Below, one piece after another: positions 1 to 6,935 of a DNA stretch of 25,364 nt. Position numbers and translations under genes: made by a program. Positions within the stretch are counted from its first letter, which is position 1, and every line of letters starts with the position of its first letter. This stretch comes from a virus (lineage: Duplodnaviria; Caudoviricetes), in IMG/VR virus record IMGVR_UViG_3300038379_000110, positions 1 through 25,364 of that record; one strand, given 5' to 3'. The notes beneath the pieces are model-generated. The model saw only the letters and a program-made list of their open reading frames with translations. It was not told the DNA's origin and did not search any database.

Positions 1-1
1 A

Positions 2-118
2 AACGGCGCCGATTCCGTGGACGGCACGAGGGTCAGCATGTTCGCAGATGTGTGGTTGAAGTGGACACTCGACGCGCTCAGCTGGCTTGACTCACAAGGG
101 AGGCTGTTCGATGGGTGA
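2..118 (+). CDS. 3' end of a gene entering from the left edge; probable phage TGT/DpdA-like (queuine tRNA-ribosyltransferase-fold) protein
   Basis: Not in the ORF track. Hand translation from base 2 gives NGADSVDGTRVSMFADVWLKWTLDALSWLDSQGRLFDG, stop TGA 116-118. G-x-D-S-x-D-G-T resembles the C-terminal motif of phage TGT-like proteins. Only 38 aa are visible. Confidence 0.45.
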   Translation, partial: NGADSVDGTRVSMFADVWLKWTLDALSWLDSQGRLFDG

Positions 119-282
119 CACGTCGAGCACCCGACGCCGAGCCGGGGAAGGTGCTGCCAGGATTGCTCGGAGTGCCCGTGCGGCGGCTGTCTGGCGGGCG
201 GCATCTGCGACGACGCCGAGTGCCACTGCGACGACGAGAGCAGCGACTACGACTACGACAGCGAGGGGGAGTCCGATGGGAG

Positions 283-492
283 CTACCGCTTCACCGCGCG
301 CATGCCGGCAGGTGGCGTCGAGCGGCGGCGGAGGCGCTCCGTCAGCGCCTCGACTTTCTGCCGGGCCATTCGCTGAGCGCGCAAGATGCGCTCCGGGTGC
401 GACGAGTCCCGGAGCGCCTCGACCAGCGCGGTGTCCGGGTCCTCGATCTCGGCGTCGTCGATGGGGATGCTCGGGCGTGCGGGCTCAGTCAT
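283..492 (-). CDS. Small hypothetical protein (69 aa), last gene of the late operon
   Basis: ATG at 492 preceded by GGAGG with a 7-nt spacer; MTEPARPSIPIDD...RAVKR. This is a trimmed version of track ORF 283..573. Confidence 0.65.
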   Translation of the reverse strand: MTEPARPSIPIDDAEIEDPDTALVEALRDSSHPERILRAQRMARQKVEALTERLRRRSTPPAGMRAVKR

Positions 493-706
493 GGCGGGAC
501 CTCCGTGAGTCTTCATCGCCCTCGTAGACACGCTCCACGAGCGCGAGCATCTTGGTCGTGTTTTCGCGGGCATCGGCCAGCCTCGCGGCCTTCTCCGCGT
601 CGAGCGCAGTGCGCATGCTCAGATACTCACGCGATATCAGGAACAGCGCGAGCCCGAGTAGCCCGGTCGGCCCGAGCGAGCTGACGAAGTCCACCGCTTC
701 CTTCAT
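485..706 (-). CDS. Holin-like membrane protein (73 aa, one N-terminal TM segment plus coiled coil)
   Basis: ATG at 706 overlaps the upstream stop (ATGA). MKEAVDFVSSLGPTGLLGLALFLISREY is hydrophobic and is followed by a charged helix. It lies next to two endolysin genes. Confidence 0.55.
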   Translation of the reverse strand: MKEAVDFVSSLGPTGLLGLALFLISREYLSMRTALDAEKAARLADARENTTKMLALVERVYEGDEDSRRSRHD

Positions 707-876
707 TCGCCCGGCTCCGGTGGCTCGGTCGGCGCCTCGCTGAGCTGGAGCGCGCATCGCTGGCAGTCCGCCGCCCGCACGACGTTCAGCCGGCGGAGCT
801 CGGCGACCACCAGGTCCACGTTCCGCTCGAGCCGGGTCAGCCGGTCGTCGATGCGCTCGAGGATGTCGAGGCTCAT
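703..876 (-). CDS. Small coiled-coil protein (57 aa) with a CxxC motif
   Basis: Not in the ORF track. MSLDILERIDDRLTRLERNVDLVVAELRRLNVVRAADCQRCALQLSEAPTEPPEPGE; ATGA overlaps at both ends (873-876 and 703-706). Confidence 0.7.
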   Translation of the reverse strand: MSLDILERIDDRLTRLERNVDLVVAELRRLNVVRAADCQRCALQLSEAPTEPPEPGE

Positions 877-1454
877 ACAATCCCCTCCGCTTCCCGCTCC
901 GGCGGAGGCATCGCGCCAGGGCGCCAGACGCCGCGGAGCCGTCGGCCCCGGCTGGTCCTTACGTCCTTCGGCTCGGCGCTCATGCGACAGGTCGTGCCGT
1001 CACTCCCGCCACCGCCCTCGGCCGTGCGCCAGAGCCAGTCCTCGCCATCTAGGCAGACGCCCACGTGCCCATCCTGGCCGTCGTCGCGGTTCGCCCAGTA
1101 GAGTACGTCGCCCCGGAGTAGCCCGCCGTGGGCCTCGAGGTCCGCCAGCGACCGCCAGGCCGGGTCACCGTCAAAGCCGCGCACTCCGAGCCAGGTCGTG
1201 ATCGCGGTGACCTTGGGCCGCCGGCCAGGTGGCTTCACGCCGGCGAGCGTCAGGCAGGCGCGGGCGAAAATCGCGCAGTGCGTCCCGCCCGAATGTAGCA
1301 CCGGCGTGGAGGGCGTGTCGAACTCGTACGCGCCCGCCAGGAAATCGCGATACTGCTCGGCGCGCTCGCCGGTGCGGGACATCGGCCCGTCCGAGAGCCA
1401 GGTTTCGGCCACCGATGCCACGGCGTCGCCGGCTCTGTTGCCGTCACCGCCCAA
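873..1454 (-). CDS. CHAP/NlpC-P60-type peptidoglycan hydrolase (endolysin)
   Basis: THCAIFARAC (catalytic Cys), RGDVLYW, DGHVGV (His) and RTAEGG occur in CHAP/NlpC order. Proposed TTG start at 1454 lies 6 nt after GGAGG. The 5' part of track ORF 873..1733 overlaps the upstream gene. Confidence 0.7.
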   Translation of the reverse strand: MGGDGNRAGDAVASVAETWLSDGPMSRTGERAEQYRDFLAGAYEFDTPSTPVLHSGGTHCAIFARACLTLAGVKPPGRRPKVTAITTWLGVRGFDGDPAWRSLADLEAHGGLLRGDVLYWANRDDGQDGHVGVCLDGEDWLWRTAEGGGGSDGTTCRMSAEPKDVRTSRGRRLRGVWRPGAMPPPEREAEGIV

Positions 1455-1944
1455 GACGCGCCTCCAGGTGAGCCGTCGTCCTCGCCCTCGCGGGTCCACC
1501 GCGCCAACGACAACCGACGCCCGCGTACGCCCCGAACGCACCGGCCAGCGAACCGCACTTCGCCCGGCCCCTGCGGAGTAGGCCGATGGCGCACCGAGCT
1601 CCGGCCAGATGGCGCCCCGGGTCCGTCGCCGACACGTCCCACAGTGGGCGGCACCACGAATGCACCTGCCACGCGCCGCGAGCTCGGCCGCCGTCGCAGC
1701 GGGCGCCCACGGGGCCCTGCTCGCAATATCCATCGAGCACGTAGCGCGCCAGGTGCGTCTCGTGCTGCGCGAGCGCCACCAGCGCCGCCGCCTCGGTCCG
1801 GTTCTTCGCCACGGCGGAGATGGCCAGGGCCACCGGGCGGAGCAGTCGCCGCCGGTCCTCGATGGTCGGGTCCGCGTGGATGTCCGCGCGGTACTGCGGC
1901 ATCGAGACGAGCAGCGCGAGCACGGCTTCGGCGGGCACGGTCAC
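1444..1944 (-). CDS. Lytic transglycosylase / lysozyme-fold endolysin (166 aa)
   Basis: LVALAQHET (catalytic Glu), ARGAWQV (GLMQ-like) and AFGAYAG (AYNAG-like) occur in SLT motif order. GTG start overlaps the upstream stop (GTGA 1941-1944). Confidence 0.65.
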   Translation of the reverse strand: MTVPAEAVLALLVSMPQYRADIHADPTIEDRRRLLRPVALAISAVAKNRTEAAALVALAQHETHLARYVLDGYCEQGPVGARCDGGRARGAWQVHSWCRPLWDVSATDPGRHLAGARCAIGLLRRGRAKCGSLAGAFGAYAGVGCRWRGGPARARTTAHLEARLGR

Positions 1945-2117
1945 CGCTTCGCCCTCCGCGCGTCGAGCTGGCGTTGCGCCGCCGCCTGCACCTTGAGCCG
2001 GTCGGCCATCAGTTCGAGCGCGCGGGCACGGTCGGACACGTCGACGTGATTAGCGAGCAGCCGCATGGCGAACGCGAGCACGCCTTCGATGCTTTTCTCC
2101 AATGCTGCTGGTGTCAT
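1941..2117 (-). CDS. Small hypothetical protein (58 aa) in the lysis cassette
   Basis: Not in the ORF track. MTPAALEKSIEGVLAFAMRLLANHVDVSDRARALELMADRLKVQAAAQRQLDARRAKR; its stop overlaps the GTG of the next gene. Confidence 0.65.
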   Translation of the reverse strand: MTPAALEKSIEGVLAFAMRLLANHVDVSDRARALELMADRLKVQAAAQRQLDARRAKR

Positions 2118-2176
2118 GGTATGCGCCTACGGGGGGGCGTCATGAGCTTACCCGTCACGTACAGGCCGAGCAATCC

Positions 2177-2413
2177 TCACTCGCACAGGGCTTTCTGCGC
2201 GATGGCCATGTGCGCGTCCACCGCGAGATAGGCCGGGCACGCCGTCACGTCGGCCACGCTGTCACACGCGCCGCTCGTCACGACCTCAATGGCCGCGCGC
2301 TCGTAGAGACTCACGAGCGCCGCTCGCGCCTCCGGCGTGCAAGTCTTCGGCCGGGCCCCTGAGCAGCACAGCACCAGCGCAGCAGCGCACACAGCCAGAG
2401 CACGGCGTACCAT
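2177..2413 (-). CDS. Small Cys-rich putative lipoprotein (78 aa), possibly spanin-like
   Basis: ATG at 2413; MVRRALAVCAAALVLCCSG has a basic N-region, a hydrophobic core and Cys at a lipobox-like position, with four further Cys in the mature part. It sits at the head of the lysis cassette. Confidence 0.55.
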   Translation of the reverse strand: MVRRALAVCAAALVLCCSGARPKTCTPEARAALVSLYERAAIEVVTSGACDSVADVTACPAYLAVDAHMAIAQKALCE

Positions 2414-2423
2414 GCCGCAAAGC

Positions 2424-2786
2424 CTACTCGGCAGCAGCGTGGAGTGCAACCTGCGGCGGTGCGTCGGTCGCGTTCTTGATCGCGTCGATGCACGCGAGCC
2501 ACGCGCGCGCCGCACCCGGGAGCCTCTCCTGCGAGCCGTCGCTCTTGCTCGCGTAGAGCGGCGGGTAGCCCGCGCTCGGCGACTCGGCTTCTTCGGCTAG
2601 CCCGGCGTAGTGGTCTGGCTGGAGCTCGATGTACTGCTTGCCCGCGCTCGCGGTGACAGCGTCTTCGATGCGGGCGCCGAGCCTGATGCCTGCGCCGGTG
2701 CGGTTGTAGCGGTCGGCGGTGTTGACCAACCAGCTGATGAGCTGCTCGACCGCGAAATTCCCCTCGGGCTTGGTGATGTATTTCAT
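2424..2786 (-). CDS. Hypothetical protein (120 aa), possible tail-fibre assembly chaperone
   Basis: GGAG RBS and ATG at 2786; directly downstream of the long fibre gene. Function inferred from position only. Confidence 0.55.
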   Translation of the reverse strand: MKYITKPEGNFAVEQLISWLVNTADRYNRTGAGIRLGARIEDAVTASAGKQYIELQPDHYAGLAEEAESPSAGYPPLYASKSDGSQERLPGAARAWLACIDAIKNATDAPPQVALHAAAE

Positions 2787-2824
2787 TCAGGTACTCCATT
2801 TGTTGTCGATGCGGCGGCGCTGCA

Positions 2825-4990
2825 TCATGACGTCGAGTCGATAATCAGCCCGTAATTGGCTAGCGCTGTGCAAAGGCTCTGCAATGCAGCGTTGCCCCCG
2901 CGCGAACCTGACACTGTCTGCTGGGCCGCTGATGCCGTACCGAATAAGCCGAGTTGGGCCGTCCCATTATTGTCAGCAACCTCTACGACAGCGGCGCCCG
3001 CCCCCGTCCCAAGCCTCACGCCTCCGTGGTTCGCTGTGCTACCGTCGCGCGCGCCTCCGTGGATGTAGACACGCCCGCCGTTTTCATTGCTGCCGGTCGC
3101 GCTCGCCGACGCGGCCTGCCCCGAGATCTCGAATACGTGTGTACCATTGTCGCCTTGGCGCTGAAAAATCGTCAACTGCGGAGCGATGGTCTCTGCCCAC
3201 GCGATCACCCCCCACTGCATCTGACAAAGCGCGCCGCCGAAATACCCGACGTCTATCACCGCGGCGCCCTCGCCTGTCGCTAGTCGCACGAAGCCGGTAT
3301 CAGCCGCAACTCCAGCGGTCGCCTTCGCGCCACCTTGTAGGATGAGGGTCCCGCCCACTAGGTTCGTAGAGTTGGCAGCGCGTGCGCTCTGCGCCGCGAT
3401 CGTGGTGTCCACGGTCGCCACGTCTGTGATTGGCGCCAGCTGCGAGATTAGCGGCGCGGACACCAAGTTGTGGAAGTGCAGATCCGCGGCAAAGAGCCGC
3501 GCGCCGCCGCTCTCCGCGTAGGCCAGATAACCACCGCTTGGCGCCGACGTGGGCGCAGTCGTGCGATCGCCAACGAATAGCACTTTGACGCCGCCGCCAT
3601 AGGAGCCCGCGGCAAACAGTGCCGCGTTTCCGCTCGTGTCCAGGTACATGCGCGCGGTGTTCCCCGTGAGCAGGGCAAAGCCGTGACCGGTTTCTGTCCC
3701 TACGTAGCCCAGCGACGCCCCCGAATCCCACTGCACCTTCACGCGCGCCGTGCCTGCGATATTGTCGACCCGGACCGCAGGCGAGTCAGTGATCCCGCTC
3801 ATTCCCTTGACGGCGAAGTTCGCGGCTGTAGTGATTACGCCGCTCGTGGACCACAGGATGTTGCCTGCCGCCGCGGCCGACGTCGGCACCGTCGCTGCGT
3901 TCGCGACGTAGATCACGCCGTCGCCAGTGTTCGCCCCCATCTGCGTCGTGGTCAGTGCCGCTGCGCGGCAGAGAGACACGACACGCCGACCTGCCGCGAC
4001 CTCGCACGCTTCCACTAGCGTCTCCCCTCCGACCTGCAACTGGACTGCGCCGTCACTCGTGGACCCAGTGCCAGAGTTCAGCGCGAGAGTCGAGCCGATG
4101 CCCGTGGTAACGTTCGCCGCGCGCACCGTCAACGTCTGCGGCGTCGTCGCGTGCGTGGCCTGGGTCAGCGCGAAGGCGACGACGTCCTTGCCGACGGTTA
4201 GCGCCGTCGCAGTTACTGACAGACCCGCGTCAGCGTTCACGCCGCAGACAGCGCTCGTGATTGTGGGAGTCGCGGTCCAAGCGTTCGGCGCGCCGCCCGC
4301 GAGCACGGTGCCAGCGGCGCCTGATGCGAGCTGCGCCGCGAGAATGCCCGCCGCCACGTCGAGGTTCGCGGTCGTGAGCTTCGCCCACTCCGCAGCCGTC
4401 GCGCCCGAGTCCGTGCGTAGTACGGTATTCGCCGCGCCGATGGCGATGTGCGTCACCGGCAGCAACCCGCCAACGGCGTCGCCGTCCGCGAGGTCCACTT
4501 CGCCCGCGACCCATGCAGCGCCATTCCACACGGGCACTTGACCCGCGGCGCTGCCGTTCGGTATGCCGGGTGCGGTATCGACGGCGAACGTCAGCGCGGT
4601 TTGGTTCAGGACGACCGCACCTGTGGTAGTGAGGTAGAGTATCTCCCCGCCGTACGTCGCGCCCTCGGCCACGCGCACGCACAAGCCCGCGTGGACGTCG
4701 CTGTCCTCGTCGAAGTCGTCGCGCCGGTGGCACTCGACGCGTGAGGACCCGGAGCCGAGATGGTCGACGACGTAGATGCCGTTGTTCGCGTGGCTGCCCT
4801 GCTTGAGCAAGAACGCATCGCCCACCGCGAGCGCGACGCCATCGACCGTTGGCATCGCGCCCACCGCGTCGAAGCGCATCACGTTGTTCGTCAGCGTGTA
4901 TGCCGGCAGCGCTGCCGCCGTGGCTGCGCGGACCGCGTCCTTCCAATCCGCGAGGTACTTGGTCGAGAGGATTTGGTTCCACCAGCTCAT
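2825..4990 (-). CDS. Long modular fibre protein (721 aa)
   Basis: N-terminal DWKDAVRAAT...VDGVALAVGDAFLLK...NNGIYVV module is typical of phage fibre/decoration proteins. Body is Gly/Ala/Thr-rich with internal repeats, ending LCTALANYGLI. It follows the baseplate genes. Confidence 0.75.
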   Translation of the reverse strand: MSWWNQILSTKYLADWKDAVRAATAAALPAYTLTNNVMRFDAVGAMPTVDGVALAVGDAFLLKQGSHANNGIYVVDHLGSGSSRVECHRRDDFDEDSDVHAGLCVRVAEGATYGGEILYLTTTGAVVLNQTALTFAVDTAPGIPNGSAAGQVPVWNGAAWVAGEVDLADGDAVGGLLPVTHIAIGAANTVLRTDSGATAAEWAKLTTANLDVAAGILAAQLASGAAGTVLAGGAPNAWTATPTITSAVCGVNADAGLSVTATALTVGKDVVAFALTQATHATTPQTLTVRAANVTTGIGSTLALNSGTGSTSDGAVQLQVGGETLVEACEVAAGRRVVSLCRAAALTTTQMGANTGDGVIYVANAATVPTSAAAAGNILWSTSGVITTAANFAVKGMSGITDSPAVRVDNIAGTARVKVQWDSGASLGYVGTETGHGFALLTGNTARMYLDTSGNAALFAAGSYGGGVKVLFVGDRTTAPTSAPSGGYLAYAESGGARLFAADLHFHNLVSAPLISQLAPITDVATVDTTIAAQSARAANSTNLVGGTLILQGGAKATAGVAADTGFVRLATGEGAAVIDVGYFGGALCQMQWGVIAWAETIAPQLTIFQRQGDNGTHVFEISGQAASASATGSNENGGRVYIHGGARDGSTANHGGVRLGTGAGAAVVEVADNNGTAQLGLFGTASAAQQTVSGSRGGNAALQSLCTALANYGLIIDSTS

Positions 4991-5003
4991 TGTTCCTGCT
5001 CCG

Positions 5004-5639
5004 TCAAGCGGGGGATATGAATCCGGACAGCTTCAGCACGCACAAGTCCGTTAGCGCGTTCGCCCCCGCCTCGCCTGCGATTCGCGCATAGAATTTGTTG
5101 CCTCCGTCGTGGATGAAGGTTTCTGTCAAGCCGCCGAGCGAGATGTTGTGCGGCACTTCGTAGGCGGCGGTCGACGCAGATGTGTCAGATTGGACACCGA
5201 CCAGCGTCGGTGTCCCTGAACTGCCCGGGTCCTGACGAAACAGCGCCAGCTGCGGCAGAGTGGTGGGCAGAGCGACGTGGCCCGCCGCGCCGACCAGCGT
5301 CACGGACAGCGCGGTCAGAATGCCGTACTTCGGCTGGGCCAACTCGACGTAGACGGCCCATGCCGTCGCCGCGCTCGTCTGCACCAGACCCAGACATCCG
5401 CTCGGCGCGAAGTCCGCGGCCCAGTAGTTCGTAGGCTGCGGCAGCACGATAAGAGGGAAGTACACCGGGTCATTCGCGATCGTGCCGAGCGTGCGCTCCT
5501 TGAGAAATTCGATCCGGTTCGCGATGATTTGCCCCATGTCGAACACGGGTCCGCCGACGCCGCCATCGACGGGGTCACCCGGCGCCGGCGCGGTGAGCGG
5601 CGTGGTCCAGGCGTTGACGGGGGTGATGTTGCTCGGCAT
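5004..5639 (-). CDS. Short tail fibre / receptor-binding protein, paralog 2 (211 aa)
   Basis: N-terminal ...GDPVDG...MGQIIANRIEFLK is a baseplate-anchor-type motif shared with the adjacent gene; the C-terminal domain is beta-rich. Confidence 0.65.
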   Translation of the reverse strand: MPSNITPVNAWTTPLTAPAPGDPVDGGVGGPVFDMGQIIANRIEFLKERTLGTIANDPVYFPLIVLPQPTNYWAADFAPSGCLGLVQTSAATAWAVYVELAQPKYGILTALSVTLVGAAGHVALPTTLPQLALFRQDPGSSGTPTLVGVQSDTSASTAAYEVPHNISLGGLTETFIHDGGNKFYARIAGEAGANALTDLCVLKLSGFISPA

Positions 5640-5651
5640 CTACTATGCTCC

Positions 5652-6254
5652 TCAGTAGGTCACGGGGCGGAGCGTTTCGAGCAAGATAGCAGCGCCGCCG
5701 AGCCATGAGCAGGTAGTCAGCGCACCGCCGCACTTGGCTTTGAGCCGGAACGAGTGGGACACCGCGCTCGCGATGGTATACCACCCCTCCATTGAGTATG
5801 ACACCCCGAGCGAGCCGTTATTATTGCTCTGGTACACCTTGCACCCCTTGACCTCGTTCTCCGTTGTCCCGTCGTATGCGATTATCTTCACCCACCCGCC
5901 GCCGTTGCCCGCGCCGGTGAACTGCAAGTGAATCTGCGCGCGCACTAAGATGATGTCTCCCGCTTGCGGGCTCGCGATGACCGGCTCGCTGGGCGCCCAT
6001 CCTGTCATGTCGGTGTAGCTGGTTGCAGTGACCGAAGCGATCACGCCATTGGCGTCGGTCGGATCGTCGACGTATCGCCCGAGATACCCAGCTGTGACGT
6101 AGTTCACGCGGCTCTTGATGTATTCGATCCGGTTCGCCAAGGCCTGGCCCATCAGGAACGACGCGCCACTGGGCGAGCCGTCGACGGGGTCGCCGTTCGC
6201 CGGGCCGTTGACCGGCGTCGTCCATGTGTTCGCGGGAGTGATCGCTGCGGGCAT
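5652..6254 (-). CDS. Short tail fibre / receptor-binding protein, paralog 1 (200 aa)
   Basis: True start is ATG 6254 (MPAAITPANTWTTP), 3 nt after the upstream stop and aligned with the paralog start; contains MGQALANRIEYIK. Confidence 0.65.
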   Translation of the reverse strand: MPAAITPANTWTTPVNGPANGDPVDGSPSGASFLMGQALANRIEYIKSRVNYVTAGYLGRYVDDPTDANGVIASVTATSYTDMTGWAPSEPVIASPQAGDIILVRAQIHLQFTGAGNGGGWVKIIAYDGTTENEVKGCKVYQSNNNGSLGVSYSMEGWYTIASAVSHSFRLKAKCGGALTTCSWLGGAAILLETLRPVTY

Positions 6255-6256
6255 TG

Positions 6257-6931
6257 CTACTCTGCTCCTATCACGGCTTGTGTGCCGCCTGTACCGTATG
6301 TGCCACCGCCACCGTATGTGCCGCCAGTCCCATACGCCGAACCGGAAATCTGGAAGATGAACTCGCGGAAGATGAACCCCGAGCGCTTGTGCTTTTTCAC
6401 GAGGCGCCGTAGACCCGCGACCTCGGCCCACGTGATGCCGGCGACGGAGTAGAGATTACCGCTGTTGTATGTGTTGCCGTTGTTGTAAGTCGCGCTGCCA
6501 GCGACGACGCTGTGAGTGCCCGGCGGGAAGTAGATCCACCCCTGCGACCACCACGGCTGCGGCGGCCGGTGCCATTGCCAGTCCTCGTATACGACCGCGC
6601 CGGGGAAGCCGTAGTTCGCTAGCGCGAGCTCGACGGCCTGCTTGGTGCCGTCCTGCGAGTGCAGCGCGAAGGACTGCCGGAGGCGGTCGCGATAGGTAGA
6701 CGGCGCGTCGGAATAGTACCGCTGGATGTCCCGCGTGTCGCCAATCTGGGCCAACGCATCGTCGTGACACTGCGCAGTGAACCGCGCGTGATTCGCTTGC
6801 CGCGCACCTTCGGCCGTCATGTCCGCGAAGAGCGCATAGTACCCAAGCGTCAGGCGCTCGCCCCACGTTGACCGCGCCCACCGGATACCGGCGAGCAAGT
6901 CCGCGAGCCACTGTCGGTAGTTCTGGGCCAT
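6257..6931 (-). CDS. Baseplate wedge subunit (Mu gp48 / P2 gpI-like)
   Basis: DALAQIGDTRDIQRY...STYRDRL...GTKQAVELAL matches the wedge-protein pattern; directly after baseplate J. ATG 6931 follows GAGGTG. Confidence 0.7.
   Translation of the reverse strand: MAQNYRQWLADLLAGIRWARSTWGERLTLGYYALFADMTAEGARQANHARFTAQCHDDALAQIGDTRDIQRYYSDAPSTYRDRLRQSFALHSQDGTKQAVELALANYGFPGAVVYEDWQWHRPPQPWWSQGWIYFPPGTHSVVAGSATYNNGNTYNSGNLYSVAGITWAEVAGLRRLVKKHKRSGFIFREFIFQISGSAYGTGGTYGGGGTYGTGGTQAVIGAE
6281..6336 (-). repeat. 18-bp coding tandem repeat (YGTGGT/YGGGGT/YGTGGT)
   Basis: ACCGTATGTGCC at 6293-6304 and 6311-6322; related YNNGNT/YNSGNL repeats near 6450-6490. Confidence 0.85.
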
Positions 6932-6935
6932 CACC

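Noticed and set aside
244-260. CGACTA-CGACTA-CGACA microrepeat
   Set aside because: Explained by DYDYD codons in the acidic tract; too short to support an independent function.
260-300. Intrinsic terminator at the convergence of plus- and minus-strand genes
   Set aside because: No convincing hairpin with a U-tract was found on either strand.
87-684. Track ORFs 87..527 and 115..684 as full-length genes
   Set aside because: Low-complexity translations that run antisense through the coupled minus-strand lysis genes; only the ATG 111 start region is kept as possibly real.
116-2179. Genome-wide TGA recoding suggested by two in-frame continuations past TGA
   Set aside because: Most genes, including capsid, sheath and tube, end at TGA at the expected C-terminus, often in ATGA overlaps.
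5004-6254. Diversity-generating retroelement or invertible fibre cassette
   Set aside because: No reverse transcriptase or invertase in the window, no near-identical TR/VR pair noticed, and the paralogs share orientation and are similar only at their 5' ends.
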